From the NCBI RefSeq assembly GCF_022837055.1, contig NC_062566.1:66862464-66926463 (forward strand): 64,000 nt of DNA, written 5' to 3'. Shown piece after piece: positions 21,667 through 33,214 of the stretch. The translations under genes and the position numbers were made by a program. The notes below the pieces were generated by a model, which saw nothing but the letters and a program-made list of their open reading frames with translations, did not search any database and had not been told where the DNA came from. Origin of the DNA: Prionailurus viverrinus. Its lineage: Eukaryota. The stretch's first letter is position 1. The number at the start of each line of letters is the position of its first letter.

Positions 21667-22510
21667 CTGTGAGAACGAGCAGGAAAGCATGCTCAGGACA
21701 TTCCCTTGACCCCCCAATGTCCAGCACTCCCAGCCCCAATCAAAAAGGAGGCCAAGGCAAGAAGGGCTGGAGAAAGTGTGGCCCTCTGTCCCCACACCAG
21801 GAATGCTTGTTAAAAGTAAAAAGCGTTGGGCCCAGCTCCAGATGTCGGCCAAGCTCAGGTTCAAGTGGGGCCACAAAGTCTCCCCTACTCCAAACCCCAT
21901 AAGTATCTCCAAGTCACAGAAGATTTTGATGGGTCTGAGGCGGGAATGGTGTTACACGCATGCATGCTATGGGGGTGGAGGGGTGATATGGTTGGGAAGC
22001 AGAGAGAGGCTGTGGCTGTGGCTGTGGGACCCACCTCTGCAGCCTAATTTGCTGTTACTCTCCCTTAAGCACCCTCTACTCATTCCAGCAATTCCCAGGA
22101 AACATTCTCCCATGCCTTTCACTCAACTGGAATGCCTGCCCTTGTCTGTCCCTGTTCTCTGGTAACTACCCAACTCATTCAGCTCTTGTCCATGTCACAT
22201 GGCTATGTTTTGATTCCTTTTCCCCTTGTATGTCATATCTTTCAACAAAACTGACCACTTGGTGGGCAAAGACAATGTCCTACCCCTGTTTTCCTTGTGA
22301 TGCTTAGTACAGTACAGCCTCAGTACAACCTTGAATGGAAGGTGTGACGCAAATATTTGGAAAGCATGATTGATTTTGTGACCAAGCTTTCGATCTGATG
22401 TGAGGAAATAAAAGTTGCTGAATCAAACAGGGTGAAAACAGGTGGGGTTGGCTTGCCTAGTCTGTGAGGCTTTTTCTGGAGGCAAACTCTGCCCGCCTTG
22501 AGCATCATAC

Positions 22511-22634
22511 CTGCCAGGTTTTCAGGTCCAACAGGTAAACCATCCCACTGGCTGTGCCCACAGCAGCTCTTTGCCCCCTGGGGCACAAGGCCACTGCAGT
22601 GGGGGATGAGGAAACTGTCAGAGACAGGCTGGAG
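22511..22634 (-). CDS. TEP1: TEP1 coding exon 34
   Basis: acceptor ctctctag|C, donor CAG|gtatga; (S)SSLSLTVSSSPTAVALCPRGQRAAVGTASGMVYLLDLKTWQ; ORF 22505..22807. Confidence 0.85.
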
Positions 22635-22826
22635 CTAGAGAGAGTAGCAAGAAAGGGAGGAAATGAGGAATCAGGGAAGGAAGCCAATGGAAACTCGTGT
22701 TTGCATTTCTGTCCCTGAATCCCCCTCTCCACAGTGACTTTGGTCTGTCCTTTTTTCTCCAGTTTCAGAAAGGACTGTAGCTTGCTCTCTGGTGGGCTTA
22801 CCAGCATCTGGGGCCAAGGGCCTTAC

Positions 22827-23070
22827 CTCTGCCGGCCCCCCACGGTGTGGGGTTTATTCAACCATCGTAGCATGTGCTGGAGGCGCCAACGCCGCTGGGA
22901 AAGCTGGGGTGCCTGGTGGCAAAGAGGCGAGTCCAGAGGCTGGTTGGCTGCCTGCTGGGGCAGGAGCAGGGGGTACTGGTTGAGGATTGGAGCCTGCTGC
23001 CTCAGGAATGTGTGAAACACAGCAGTGTCAGTCTCAGGAAGACTTGGTTCCTCTTCGGGAACTGAGGAAG
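22827..23070 (-). CDS. TEP1: TEP1 coding exon 33
   Basis: acceptor ttttccatag|C, donor AG|gtaagg; (A)SSVPEEEPSLPETDTAVFHTFLRQQAPILNQYPLLLPQQAANQPLDSPLCHQAPQLSQRRWRLQHMLRWLNKPHTVGGRQ; ORF 22823..23095. Confidence 0.85.
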
Positions 23071-23159
23071 CTATGGAAAAGCAGCACTGTGTCACTGGGG
23101 GGGCTAGCCTAGACCCCCATTAACCCCATTAGCCAAGTATGTCAGGCAGTGTCTAAAAT

Positions 23160-23345
23160 GTCGTCTCACAAAACATAAGAGACTCTTAAATATAGAGAAC
23201 AAACAGAGGGCTGCTGGAGGGGTTGTGGGAGTGGGGATGGGCTAAATGGGTAAGGGGCACTGAGGAATCTACTCCTAAAATCATTGTGGCACCATGTGCT
23301 AACTAACTTGGATGTAAATTATAAAAAATAAATAAATTTTAGAAA
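23160..23345 (+). mobile_element. Short 5'-truncated L1 3'-tail insertion in a TEP1 intron, with TSD
   Basis: ...gggctgctggaggggttgtgggagtggggatgggctaaatgggtaaggggcactgaggaatctactcctaaaatcattgtggcaccatgtgctaactaacttggatgtaaatt... near-identical to the L1 tail at 61255-61380; TSD aatgtcgtctca. Confidence 0.8.
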
Positions 23346-23707
23346 GTAAAAAAGAGAAAAATAAAATAAAATGTCGTCTCAAAGTCTTCTGACCCCACAT
23401 CAGGAACACCCATTAGACATACAAAGCCATAGGCCCCACTCCAGACCTAGGGAAATGGAATCTGGGGACCCGGAGATCTGCAGTTTGAACAACAATCCTA
23501 GGTAATTTTATACCTATTAAATAATGTTTGGAAACCTCTGGTCTAAGAGATCTGGGCAGAAGGTCCCCTGAAAATTACTTGCTTACCCCCTTGGCATTTT
23601 TAACCTAGAAGAGAAATTTAACTGTTCTTTGCATTATACCTCCCCCGGAGCAGACCCCCCCATGAACACACCCAGGAGGCCCAGATCTCAGAGAAGCCAC
23701 CTCTCAC

Positions 23708-23822
23708 CATAGAGGGCATGGGCCTCCAAGAGCCGAGAGACCAGACCCAGTTCCAGATGTGCAGCCACCACGTGGAGATTGGTGAGGAATTTTGCAAGAA
23801 GGTCACGGTTCCCGCTCTGGAG
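23708..23822 (-). CDS. TEP1: TEP1 coding exon 32
   Basis: acceptor ccttcccag|C, donor G|gtgaga; LQSGNRDLLAKFLTNLHVVAAHLELGLVSRLLEAHALY; tied to ORF 23618..23941. Confidence 0.8.
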
Positions 23823-24081
23823 CTGGGAAGGTCATTGGATTCATTAGGATATGAAGAGGCAGGTGAGGAGGAATAGTCTAGTTTTAGACCTTGTCTGTGC
23901 AGCCAGGACCTCAACCTAGGAGCTGGGACAAAGGACCTCAAGGAAGAGGGCAGGAAAACTGAAAGGAGAAAGGTAGAGGGGCATCATGGTAGTGGTGATG
24001 GTGCGGTCAAGAGGGAGTGGGGTCTCAGAACAGTCAAAGCAGCTGCTTGGGAGAAGGTGTCTATGGGATCTTGAAACTAAC

Positions 24082-24170
24082 CAGGTGGTGAGGCAAGTCT
24101 CCCAGAGCCTCAGGAAGGCAACTTCGGAAGATGCCCGAGGCATCGGGGTCACATGTCTTCCAGAGCTGAG
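24082..24170 (-). CDS. TEP1: TEP1 coding exon 31
   Basis: acceptor cctgcag|C, donor CTG|gttagt; (A)QLWKTCDPDASGIFRSCLPEALGDLPHHL; frame tied to ORF 23916..24152. Confidence 0.8.
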
Positions 24171-24373
24171 CTGCAGGTGTGGATCACAGAACAGACGTTG
24201 AGATGGGCTCAGCCCTAAAGCATCTCCAAAGATTGTATTCCATAGGCTACCGCAAAAGCCATTCGCTCACTGGGGTGGCAGGTGAGGGGCCAGCTGATGG
24301 GGAGCACCAGTAGGTGGCCTCCGGGTATAGGCCCCACACTCAGTGCCCCGGGGTCACTTTGGGCTCCAATCAC

Positions 24374-24507
24374 CTGCAATGAGGGTGTGTGCTGTCTTCT
24401 CCAGCCCTGGTCTCTTCCCGTATCGACATCTGGCTGCTGTCCTCAGGGGCCCAGCAGGGAGGCAGAGCCGGGCACCGGTGCGCTCCAGGGGGCCCTCCCC
24501 TAGCAAA
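24374..24507 (-). CDS. TEP1: TEP1 coding exon 30
   Basis: acceptor gaggacag|T, donor G|gtgatt; (S)LLGEGPLERTGARLCLPAGPLRTAARCRYGKRPGLEKTAHTLIA; ORF 24354..24686. Confidence 0.85.
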
Positions 24508-24754
24508 CTGTCCTCATGTGAGGGAAACAGAGCAGGAGATGAGGGGAGGGGGCCTGTCAGTGAGTACCTGGCACAGCTGTGGACTCCCGTTCCCAACCCG
24601 TATAGTGGTAACTTGAGTGGCAACCTATTCAGGGCCTGTGTGTCAGGGCCTATACTGAGGGAAGGGTGGAATGAAGAAAGGACCACATGGGGTTCTGGCT
24701 CAAAGATGTGAAGGCACAGGAGGTTGGTGGGAGCTCAGCTGGGGGCAGCTGTAC

Positions 24755-24905
24755 CTGCGCAGACTCTGGACGAGGTAGGCGAATGGGCCCATGGGGAAGG
24801 GGTCCCCGCTGTTACCAGCAGCCACTGCTTCGTCCCAGCTCTTGGTTCCCCTGGGAAGTATCCGCCATGCACTCAGCACTCCGTACAGCTGGTCCACAGT
24901 GAGAC
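24755..24905 (-). CDS. TEP1: TEP1 coding exon 29
   Basis: acceptor gtttgcag|G, donor AG|gtacag; (G)LTVDQLYGVLSAWRILPRGTKSWDEAVAAGNSGDPFPMGPFAYLVQSLR; ORF 24700..25194. Confidence 0.85.
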
Positions 24906-25061
24906 CTGCAAACCCCAGCTCTCTGAAGCCCTCACCAAACCACACAGCATACCCATCCCATGACACCTGGCTCCTCCTCACACTGCTCACGGAGACCCCA
25001 ACTGAACCAAGGTCATCCAACCCCTGAACTCTCGGTCTCCCAGCCCATCCCAACCACTGAC

Positions 25062-25194
25062 CACTGCGTGTGGCCTCAAGGGTGGCCAAAGCTTGGGGAA
25101 GGACATCAGGGCCATGCTCTTGCTCCAGGGTGCCCAGGATGTGCTGCAGCAGCAGGGGGACAGTGGCCGGCAGGGTCCGGAGTCTGTCAGACAC
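25062..25194 (-). CDS. TEP1: TEP1 coding exon 28
   Basis: acceptor tcccag|G, donor G|gtcagt; VSDRLRTLPATVPLLLQHILGTLEQEHGPDVLPQALATLEATRS; ORF 24700..25194. Confidence 0.85.
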
Positions 25195-25488
25195 CTGGGA
25201 GAGGACGGAGACCGGGCTTCAGCCAGTGAGGGGAGGAGAAGAGGTGGCTTTCGTTGTGGGGAGGGGAGTGGGCAGCTGGAGAAATTGTGGGAAAGGATGA
25301 GAAAAGGAAGAGAAACAGTGGGAGAGAAGTGAGGGTAGGGGTGAGCCGAGATGGGGAATGGTGATTACAAGATGGCACAGGACAGGGTACAAAAAGTAGA
25401 GGGATGGGGGTGGAAGAAGCTGAATGAAGAATGGGAAGTGGATTAGGACTTAGAAAATAAGTGGTGAGGGTTTACATCCTCAACCAAC

Positions 25489-25581
25489 CTGCTCATAGAA
25501 TGTGTAGAGCCTCAGGTGATCTGTGACCAAGCGCAGGTAGAGTGGCAGGGATGATCCCCGCTTCACCAGCAGCAGCCGCAT
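25489..25581 (-). CDS. TEP1: TEP1 coding exon 27
   Basis: acceptor cttgtcag|A, donor CAG|gttggt; MRLLLVKRGSSLPLYLRLVTDHLRLYTFYEQ; ORF 25480..25662. Confidence 0.85.
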
Positions 25582-26030
25582 CTGACAAGATGAAGGGGAC
25601 TCAGTGTGGGGAGCAGAGAGCCTGCCGCAGCCAGTCCTCAACCCCCCTGAGCTCCACCCCAAGCACCCAGCCCACTGCAGGGCAGTTCCTCCTCTGAGAG
25701 TCCCCAGCAGTGACCTGATGGCATCACCTCACAGCCATCCCTTTGCTACACTGCTCTGCCAGCCAGCCCTACTTTCTGGAAAGCCCCTGTGGTTCAGCCC
25801 ACCCCACCCAAGAATCACAGCCTTACTCCTCCCCTCACTGGGATGGACCCTGGGAGGCCATTCTCTAGGGGAAAAAGGCTGGCTAGTGTTATAAGGAATC
25901 CCAGTTATCTTATTAACAGCATCCCCTGGCACAGAGTTCCTGCAGAAACAAAGCAGTAGGGCCGCACGGGGCAGCTGGCAGCCTCAGCATCCTGGGGCCT
26001 CACACACTCCAGCCCTGGCCCACATCCAAC

Positions 26031-26210
26031 CTGGTTGTTAAAAGGTGACTCCTCCAGCCGCTTCCCATACAGGGCCAGCTCCTCTCTCACCAGCCGGGCC
26101 CGGGCAGATAGTTCCAGAGGCCCCAGGGCCACCACATGGGCACCTTGGCTCTGCTCCAGGGTCTCCCCCAGGCCGGCGTCAGTAGACACGCTCAGTACCA
26201 AGTTCACCCG
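26031..26210 (-). CDS. TEP1: TEP1 coding exon 26
   Basis: acceptor tatcacag|C, donor CAG|gttgga; RVNLVLSVSTDAGLGETLEQSQGAHVVALGPLELSARARLVREELALYGKRLEESPFNNQ; ORF 25905..26306. Confidence 0.85.
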
Positions 26211-26323
26211 CTGTGATATTTGGGCATAAAGAGAAGAAGGTAGAAGGAAAAAGAAGAGAAGAAGGCTGGAGAGCCCCCTGTCCCCACTACTGCATCCCAC
26301 CCCCACCTCCTTCTCACACTCAC

Positions 26324-26480
26324 CGGAGGAAGTGTCTTTGGGATCCAGTCTGAGACCAGCCGCCCATGCTGACCCACCAACCTGTCAGCCCCATCGATGA
26401 TCAACACCAGGGTTTGGCCACTTTTCAGGGACTGAGCACACTTGGGCAGCAGTTCCTGCTGGAGCTCCCATACCAGGCCC
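26324..26480 (-). CDS. TEP1: TEP1 coding exon 25 (NACHT)
   Basis: acceptor ccttacag|G, donor CCG|gtgagt; (R)GLVWELQQELLPKCAQSLKSGQTLVLIIDGADRLVGQHGRLVSDWIPKTLPP; ORF 26204..26407. Confidence 0.85.
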
Positions 26481-26566
26481 CTGTAAGGACCAGGATCAGT
26501 GAGAGAGGGAGATACAGGGTGGCATCATGTGGAATCAACAAGGCTGGACTAATGGGGGATACACAC

Positions 26567-26742
26567 CGGTAGGTGGTGGCGAGGGCACCTGGCTTTTGCA
26601 GTTGGCTATGCAGATAGGCACAGAGGCGTCTGAGCAGGGTGAGGGCAAGACCCTGGTCAGGGCGGGCCCCTGAAAAGTGGAAGAAGACTAAGGGGGCCAC
26701 CTTGGCCACATCAGGAGCCTGCAGTGCTGACACAAGGGATGC
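26567..26742 (-). CDS. TEP1: TEP1 coding exon 24 (NACHT)
   Basis: acceptor ccatgcag|G, donor CG|gtgtgt; ASLVSALQAPDVAKVAPLVFFHFSGARPDQGLALTLLRRLCAYLHSQLQKPGALATTY; ORF 26425..26757. Confidence 0.85.
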
Positions 26743-26861
26743 CTGCATGGACAGCAAAGAGAAAACATGGTAACATTGTTACATGCACAACTCCCTGTGC
26801 CCTGCTTCCTTAGCCCACATGGCCCTCACTTCCTCCTGCCCGGGGCTCTGAGACTATGTAC

Positions 26862-27056
26862 CAGGAAGGCCGTCTTGCCCTGTCCCGACTGCCCGGTCAC
26901 CAGGCTCAGCCTCCCTCGGTGCAGCGTTAGCTGCTTCACTGTGTCCTGAAGAAGGTGCAGTCGGGCAGGACTTGATGGATTCTGCAGCTGCTGGAAGGTG
27001 GCCTGGACCAAGTCATCATCTGGGATGGACACTGGCTGTTCCAGCTGGGCCCCAGG
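26862..27056 (-). CDS. TEP1: TEP1 coding exon 23 (NACHT P-loop)
   Basis: acceptor tcctcag|C, donor CTG|gtacat; PGAQLEQPVSIPDDDLVQATFQQLQNPSSPARLHLLQDTVKQLTLHRGRLSLVTGQSGQGKTAFL; ORF 26826..27095. Confidence 0.85.
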
Positions 27057-27216
27057 CTGAGGACACATGGGACAGTGACTGATAAATGTTTCCATGCCCC
27101 TCAGGAACCCCAGACCTGAAAACTCACAGAGCCCCCACCAAATTACTTCCCATCCAGGACTACCCAGACCACCCTACCTTCTCTCCACTACCCTGGCCAT
27201 GGGCGCCCCTGCTGAC

Positions 27217-27334
27217 CTGTAGGTAAAGCTTCTGGATCATATTCCACACATCCTGCAGGACCAACTTTCCAAACTCTTCCAGCCCCCCAGCATAGGGCCG
27301 GCCGGCTGCCACACCCCCCCATTCACAGGGGTAT
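27217..27334 (-). CDS. TEP1: TEP1 coding exon 22
   Basis: acceptor cctgtag|A, donor CAG|gtcagc; (R)[39 protein letters not shown]; ORF 27160..27429. Confidence 0.85.
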
Positions 27335-27439
27335 CTACAGGTGAACCATGCACAAGCAGAGTCAGAGTGGGCCTGGCCCCCCTCCATATATTCCTCCATG
27401 CAGGGGCTCTCTACCCACCCCACCCCCACCCCAGCTCAC

Positions 27440-27553
27440 CTACGACAGGTAATCCCTTGCTGTCTGCTCAGGTAGCTCTTCAGTTCTGAGATTCGATGTG
27501 CAGCCTCTTCAGACTCAGAAGTAAAGTCAGATTTCCATGCATCTGGGACAGAG
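27440..27553 (-). CDS. TEP1: TEP1 coding exon 21
   Basis: acceptor tggtcag|C, donor AG|gtgagc; (S)[37 protein letters not shown]; ORF 27436..27681. Confidence 0.85.
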
Positions 27554-27815
27554 CTGACCACCAAAGATACCCCAAAAGTGAGGCTACACTCAGACCCCAG
27601 CCTCTCTTCAGCCCCAACCATCAGACCTGGCTGTGGTTCCCTAAAACTCCGCAAGCAGAGATCACCTGGCTTCAGTGGCAAGGCTTATTTGGTGCTACAA
27701 GGCAAGCGTTCTGAGCCTTGTACTCTCTTCTAGCTCCCCCTCCTGTACTCTGAATGCTATGGAGAGAGAAGATCTGGCCCCTGAGTCTGCGAGGTCCAGA
27801 GGCAACAGCAGGTAC

Positions 27816-27940
27816 CTGAGGAAGCCAGAATCCCGGAAGTAGATGAGAGCTTGTGCAGAGGGCTGCTGGCGAAGGCCCCGATTCAGGAACTGCATCACCT
27901 CCATCTCTGTCACAGAGCGACCTGGAGGGTACTGCTGGGC
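27816..27940 (-). CDS. TEP1: TEP1 coding exon 20
   Basis: acceptor ccctgcag|G, donor AG|gtacct; [41 protein letters not shown]; ORF 27695..27913. Confidence 0.85.
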
Positions 27941-28524
27941 CTGCAGGGAGAGGGCAGAGAACAGGCTGGTTCAGTCCCAGGTCACACTGACCCCTCCCTT
28001 GAGACCTGCCAAGACCCTAGGGTTCCTGCATCTCAGCAATATTCCTCCCTCCCTCCAGACACAAGCCAACAAAACAAAGCTAGTAGCTAACATGTACTGA
28101 ATGCCTGTCACATGTTGAGCATTTTTAAAAATAGATTTCTAATCCTCATAGTAACCCTACAGTATAGACTCCACTGTTCCTCTTTAATACATGGGGAAGT
28201 TGAGGCTAGGTTAGGATAAGCCGTTTCCCACAAAGTCACACAATCTATAAATGATAGAAGGGAGATCAGAACCCAGATCCGTCTGACAGCAAACCCTAAA
28301 CAGACCTACCCTCTTACCTCTTGCATCCCTTGGCCAACTGGGAGGTACTTCTCAAAGGAATTCCCTCATCTATGACTTGGCCGCTTGCAGAACCTTCTGC
28401 CTGGGTTTCACCTTCAAGTCTCAGATCTAGTCCCAAGGTTCCTGACACACTGTGGCTTCTCTCCACACTTGCCCCAACCTTTGTTTCCTCCCCAGACCCC
28501 ACTCCAACCCCCAACCTGCCTTAC

Positions 28525-28645
28525 CCAGCGGAAGTGAGGATGGTCAGGGAGGTTGTAGTTGGGGGGAACGTAGCCATAGCGGGAGCCCAGAATCCCCACA
28601 AACAGCTGCGAGTTCTCCACCTCCCCAAGGCACACTTCCAGTTGT
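28525..28645 (-). CDS. TEP1: TEP1 coding exon 19
   Basis: acceptor ctgcag|A, donor TGG|gtaagg; (R)[40 protein letters not shown]; ORF 28414..28635. Confidence 0.85.
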
Positions 28646-28874
28646 CTGCAGACATGGTTATGGAGGCATCGGATCAGAGAATACAGGTATAAATAGGAAG
28701 ATAGGGCCCTGGCTCAAAACTGAGCCAAGTAAAGGCAGACTGCTCTTGTTAGCATCCAAATAGCAGCCCCTGCCCTAGGCCCTCAGCCTCCCTTGTAGCC
28801 TCAACCCTACCCACCTCAGTTCTACCACTCAAGCCCCTCATCTCTGTCCCAGCTCTTCTCTGTGGCCCCCTCAC

Positions 28875-29051
28875 CTGTTCCTCCGGGTCTCCTCCTCAGT
28901 GACGCCCCAGCGCAGGTCAATGGCATGAAGGCTGATGTGGTGAGGGGCCGCTCGGGCCTGCAACGCTGGCAGCACAGACCTCAGCAGCAGGTCCCGCTCC
29001 CCGTGCATGTCCCGGAAAGTGGAGGAAATGAAAAGCCTGATGCTGCGCCAT
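28875..29051 (-). CDS. TEP1: TEP1 coding exon 18
   Basis: acceptor ttacccccag|A, donor AG|gtgagg; (G)[58 protein letters not shown]. Confidence 0.85.
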
Positions 29052-29723
29052 CTGGGGGTAAGCAGAAGCTTGGGCTCACTCTAGCAATCAGCCCCACAAC
29101 CCAATTCCACAGATGCGGCTGAGCACATCCTTCAGCACAAGCCAGTACAAGTAAGGTATGACAGATGCCAGGGGGAGGTCCAGCAGGCCTCCAGAGAATA
29201 ACCTGCTTATAGCCTCTCCTGCAGAGCCCTGGAACTTAAACCCTACTTGCCATTTCTCACATATCCCTCTTTGTCAGCTAATTATTATGCACTTACTATT
29301 TGCCCATGCTGTGAGGTAAGCACCATCATTATTTCCATTTTACTAATAAAAAACTAAAGTTTTTAAGAAATTAAAAACAACTAGCCCAAGATTCAAGCTA
29401 CTACTTGGCAAAGCTGTGATGAGAAAGCCAGAGCCTATTCTCCTAAGCCCTCTGCCTGAGCCCTGGCTGTATGTCCACGGTGCATGCTGCCTGCTGCCTG
29501 ATGCCCACCTCACATCTGACCCCCTGCCCAGGTAGAGAAAGTAGTATGCTCACTATCTGACAACTTCCTCCATCAGGGAAATCCCTACCTGGGAAAGAGA
29601 TGAGTTCTACTTAGTGAGTAGAACAAACAGCATCTCCACAGCCAGAACTGCAGCCACCAGAATTTCTGCAGGTTTTGACCACAGTGTCTCCCAATTCACA
29701 AAGGCATAGAAACATAGACTAAC

Positions 29724-29882
29724 CCATGCTGGTAAATCAGAGCCAAGGGGCTTAGAGTGACCTCTTCCAGTGGCCGGAGAGACAGGTCCCCAGTCTTTCC
29801 TGGGGGTGGTGGAATCTTGAATATTTTGTCCATTTGGCCCACGTGCTCTAGAAGACAGGAGACTCCACGCTCTGCAATGAAC
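29724..29882 (-). CDS. TEP1: TEP1 coding exon 17
   Basis: acceptor tatgtcag|G, donor GG|gttagt; (K)FIAERGVSCLLEHVGQMDKIFKIPPPPGKTGDLSLRPLEEVTLSPLALIYQH; ORF 29696..29983. Confidence 0.85.
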
Positions 29883-30780
29883 CTGACATAAATATAACAA
29901 AATAAGTAAGAGTGAATACCAGAGTCAGAATCAGGCAGGTCTTCCAAGGGGGCAGGGGACAAAGATATAGAGAGGTAGGTCACCCAGTTAACTGGAGCCC
30001 CTTAAGAAGACAACCACAAGCAGTGAATGTAGACTTAAAATAAACAGGGGTGCAGAACTACAGGGATGAAGGAACAGAGAAGACACTCAGGTCTAGCATG
30101 GTCATCATGGGCTTTCTGTTGGGCCAGGGGTAGTTAGGCTGGCAAAGGTTAAGATTAAAGATTAAAGACTAAGGCCATCCCATTCAGAGCTTGATCAGCT
30201 TTGTATCAGCTGTGAAAGCTCTCTGGAGGAGGAATGGGCCTGAGGCTTCCTACTAGCAGCTGGGGGGCGATGGAGGCATACAAAGGAAAAGGTAGGTGAG
30301 AGAAAACAAGTAAATGAGAAGGCTAAGCATGGAGACAGAGTTAAAAGATTTTGTAAATTTGGCATCTATAAATAAATTTAGCATGAGATTTACTCTGGAT
30401 CAAGAATGGAACTGAGGCGGCAAAGAATAGAAATGATGTGACCAACTCTTGCGTTGTTCCCTTAAAAGAGAACAGTGCAACCTCCCCTGTCCCCTTCTCC
30501 TCTTTCCTACTAGGTGTAATGCAAAAATGATGACTGGGGCTGGAGCAGCAGTCTTGAACCGTGAGATGAAAGCAGAGTATTTGAGGATGGTGGAACAATA
30601 AGATAGAAGGTGTCTGGGTCCCTGTAACATTCTGCTGCTGCTACATCTGGACAGTGGCAAAAGAGGAATAAACTTCTATCTTGCTTAAAAACAGAAGTAA
30701 GTGGAGTAGAAGCCACAGGCAATCTCGGAAAGATGTGCTAACAAAGCCCCCAACCCCTTGTGCGTCCATTCTGTACTCAC

Positions 30781-30840
30781 TTCAGGATCCCGTCATTGCA
30801 GCCTGAGAGTGTCACGTCATTGGGATTTGAATCTGATAAT
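30781..30840 (-). CDS. TEP1: TEP1 coding exon 16
   Basis: acceptor tttgccag|A, donor AA|gtgagt; (I)LSDSNPNDVTLSGCNDGIL. Confidence 0.8.
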
Positions 30841-31153
30841 CTGGCAAAGGAAGAAGCAACCATCAGAAACAGTGCCAGGAACACAGAGTCCCTGCGCTCT
30901 AGGATGGACACCCCACCTCTGCATGTTTAATTAGGGTCATGTGCTAGGTTGGGGCTGGGATGGACCCCTACAAAGGGGTATGGAGCTAGGCTAAAGACTT
31001 CAGAGAAGGTTCTAGTATTTGAAGTGCAATCAAGGTAGGAGGCAGAGATGGAAGGCACCTGGTGAGTGGGAATGCCCCAAGCTTCAGTGGGGGCAGAGAG
31101 GAAATATGGAAACCTATCTTTTGGCACTGGACAAGGAGTTTGAGCGTCCTTAC

Positions 31154-31284
31154 ATGTCACATATCCTACTTAGGGGAACACAAACAAAGAGGCACTTGGA
31201 ATTCACATGCTGCCAGAAACGCTGTTTGGCCTCATTTATCAGTTTCTCATACATATCATTGCCGAAGAGGATGACCCTGTCCAC
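31154..31284 (-). CDS. TEP1: TEP1 coding exon 15
   Basis: acceptor tcttacag|G, donor AT|gtaagg; VDRVILFGNDMYEKLINEAKQRFWQHVNSKCLFVCVPLSRICD. Confidence 0.8.
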
Positions 31285-32053
31285 CTGTAAGATGAAAAGG
31301 GAGGAGCTGAGAACAGGGAGCACAGGGACAGAAGAGATGCTAATAAGCTTAGGACATTAAGAGAAGAGATCTCTGGGGCTGAGGGGATTAGGAGAACTCT
31401 GAAGGGAATGGAAATTGCCTCTCATGAGAGCCCTTAGGATGGGGGAGCCACTACACCCTGACATGGAGGGGCAGGAAAGTGGGGGAGGGGCAGTGGTGTG
31501 CTGTAGCTGGCTCACTCAGGCTCACAAGAGCTAACTGTTACATTTTTAGGAATTTTGTGATCCAGTTGTTAAATACTGCCACTGCTAAACATTGAAGAGT
31601 ATAAACTTGTAATTAAATAAATTATATTAGAAACAAAGGTAATAAATACTTGAAACTCATCATTTCCTAGTAATTTTACTACATTTTACCATTATCTAGA
31701 TCTTATTTACATACTCGATCTACGTTGTAGAAATACCATATAATGGTGTGCTACTGAGCATCTCTTCTCACCTCTGTTCACTGATACCATGCTGGCAGCT
31801 TGAAATCAGACATGATTGGAGTAATTTACACCTTAGAAATTAGCAAATGCTATTAACCAAGATTCATTTTTTTCCAGAGCACTAGTTGTTAAACAATTAC
31901 CAGCACACCACACGGCAGAGGGCTGCAGCCAGCAGGAAGTGGGTGTGGGTACTGCCCCTCATTTGAAAGATGACCTTTGAGAAATTACACACATCAGTTG
32001 TGGAGGGAAGGGTGAAGGCGGGGAGGGTTTCTCAGGGACTGGGGACTACTCAC

Positions 32054-32131
32054 AGGGACCCTTTGGGCAGCCAGAGACAACAGGTACTTCCCAAAAGTGT
32101 GCAGGGACCATTCATCCTGTCCATCTGGCTC
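32054..32131 (-). CDS. TEP1: TEP1 coding exon 14
   Basis: acceptor ccttcag|G, donor CCT|gtgagt; EPDGQDEWSLHTFGKYLLSLAAQRVP. Confidence 0.8.
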
Positions 32132-32310
32132 CTGAAGGAAAGAGTCTCATGTTCCTTATTTGCATGGGAGACAATCGGTAAGCAACAAACACCAAATACT
32201 GCTTGGGAATCTTCAGCACTGTATATATCCAAGCCTTTCCTGATTTTCCAGCCTGTGTCCAGGGCTGTGACCATTCATGCATTTCTGCATGGTGGGGGCA
32301 GGTGTCTGAC

Positions 32311-32469
32311 CTGGACTTGAGCCTGGAGTATGCCGGCCGTCTTCAGGATACCTTCTTCTGCCTTAACTGTGATAGTCTTCACAGTGCCTCCTCCGCACAG
32401 TAAGAGATCCACCTGCTCCGCTCGTGCAATTACCATCCCAATCAGCAGCAGCACATAGTTTAGGTGGGG
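32311..32469 (-). CDS. TEP1: TEP1 coding exon 13
   Basis: acceptor caatcag|C, donor CAG|gtcaga; PHLNYVLLLIGMVIARAEQVDLLLCGGGTVKTITVKAEEGILKTAGILQAQVQ; ORF 32275..32481. Confidence 0.85.
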
Positions 32470-32506
32470 CTGATTGGACAAACATCAGGGTGAAATAAGG
32501 ATCTCC

Positions 32507-32610
32507 TATTTTTTTAAGTAGGCTCCATGCGCAACATGGGGCTTGAACTCACCACCCTGAGATCGAAAGTCACTGACTGAGCTGGCCAAGCACCCTGGCT
32601 CCCCTATTTT
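32507..32610 (-). mobile_element. tRNA-like SINE head fragment (uncertain family)
   Basis: rc = ggggagccagggtgcttggccagctcagtcagtgactttcgatctcagggtggtgagttcaagccccatgttgcgcatggagcc. Confidence 0.45.
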
Positions 32611-33045
32611 GAAACCCACCCTTGCCCATCCAGCCCTGAAGGCCAAACGCCTCCATTAGTTGGGGGAAAAGGACAAAATCTCCAGTTAGGAAGGGACAGC
32701 TTCAGCAGCTTTCAGGAAGAGCTGGCCAGGGTGGAGAAGGGCCAGCAGTCCTGCCCAAATTCAACACTGGGATATAGGATGTAAAAATGAAACATACTTC
32801 GGTGACAGAAATTTAGAGAGAATTAAGCACCAGCCAAATGTGAAATATAAGTATTGTAATCCATGAACAGGCTAGAGACCACATTCTAGGAACTGTCCTT
32901 AGGAACCAAGGTCTGATACCAAGAAGCAAATGTTTGCCATTTATTTCAGTTCTGAGTGCTTCCTTGCGAGAACCATGTCTGGGAACAGGATAGTTCTCGG
33001 GATCCCCAGCATCCTACCAACCCCCCACCTTTTAATTTTTTTTAC

Positions 33046-33214
33046 CCCTTCTGGGTTGCGCTTGGGACAGAACTGGTCTGCACCGCCATCTGTCAGATAG
33101 ACCAAGATAGTGCGGCCCGGCAGCGGGGGCACGTTGTGTTTCACCGAGAGGTTCACAGCTGTCTCTAGGGCCTGACGATACCGAACCAGCATCTCACCAT
33201 CATATTTCCACTGT
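33046..33214 (-). CDS. TEP1: TEP1 coding exon 12
   Basis: acceptor ctgcag|A, donor GGG|gtaaaa; (R)QWKYDGEMLVRYRQALETAVNLSVKHNVPPLPGRTILVYLTDGGADQFCPKRNPEG; ORF 32941..33297. Confidence 0.85.
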
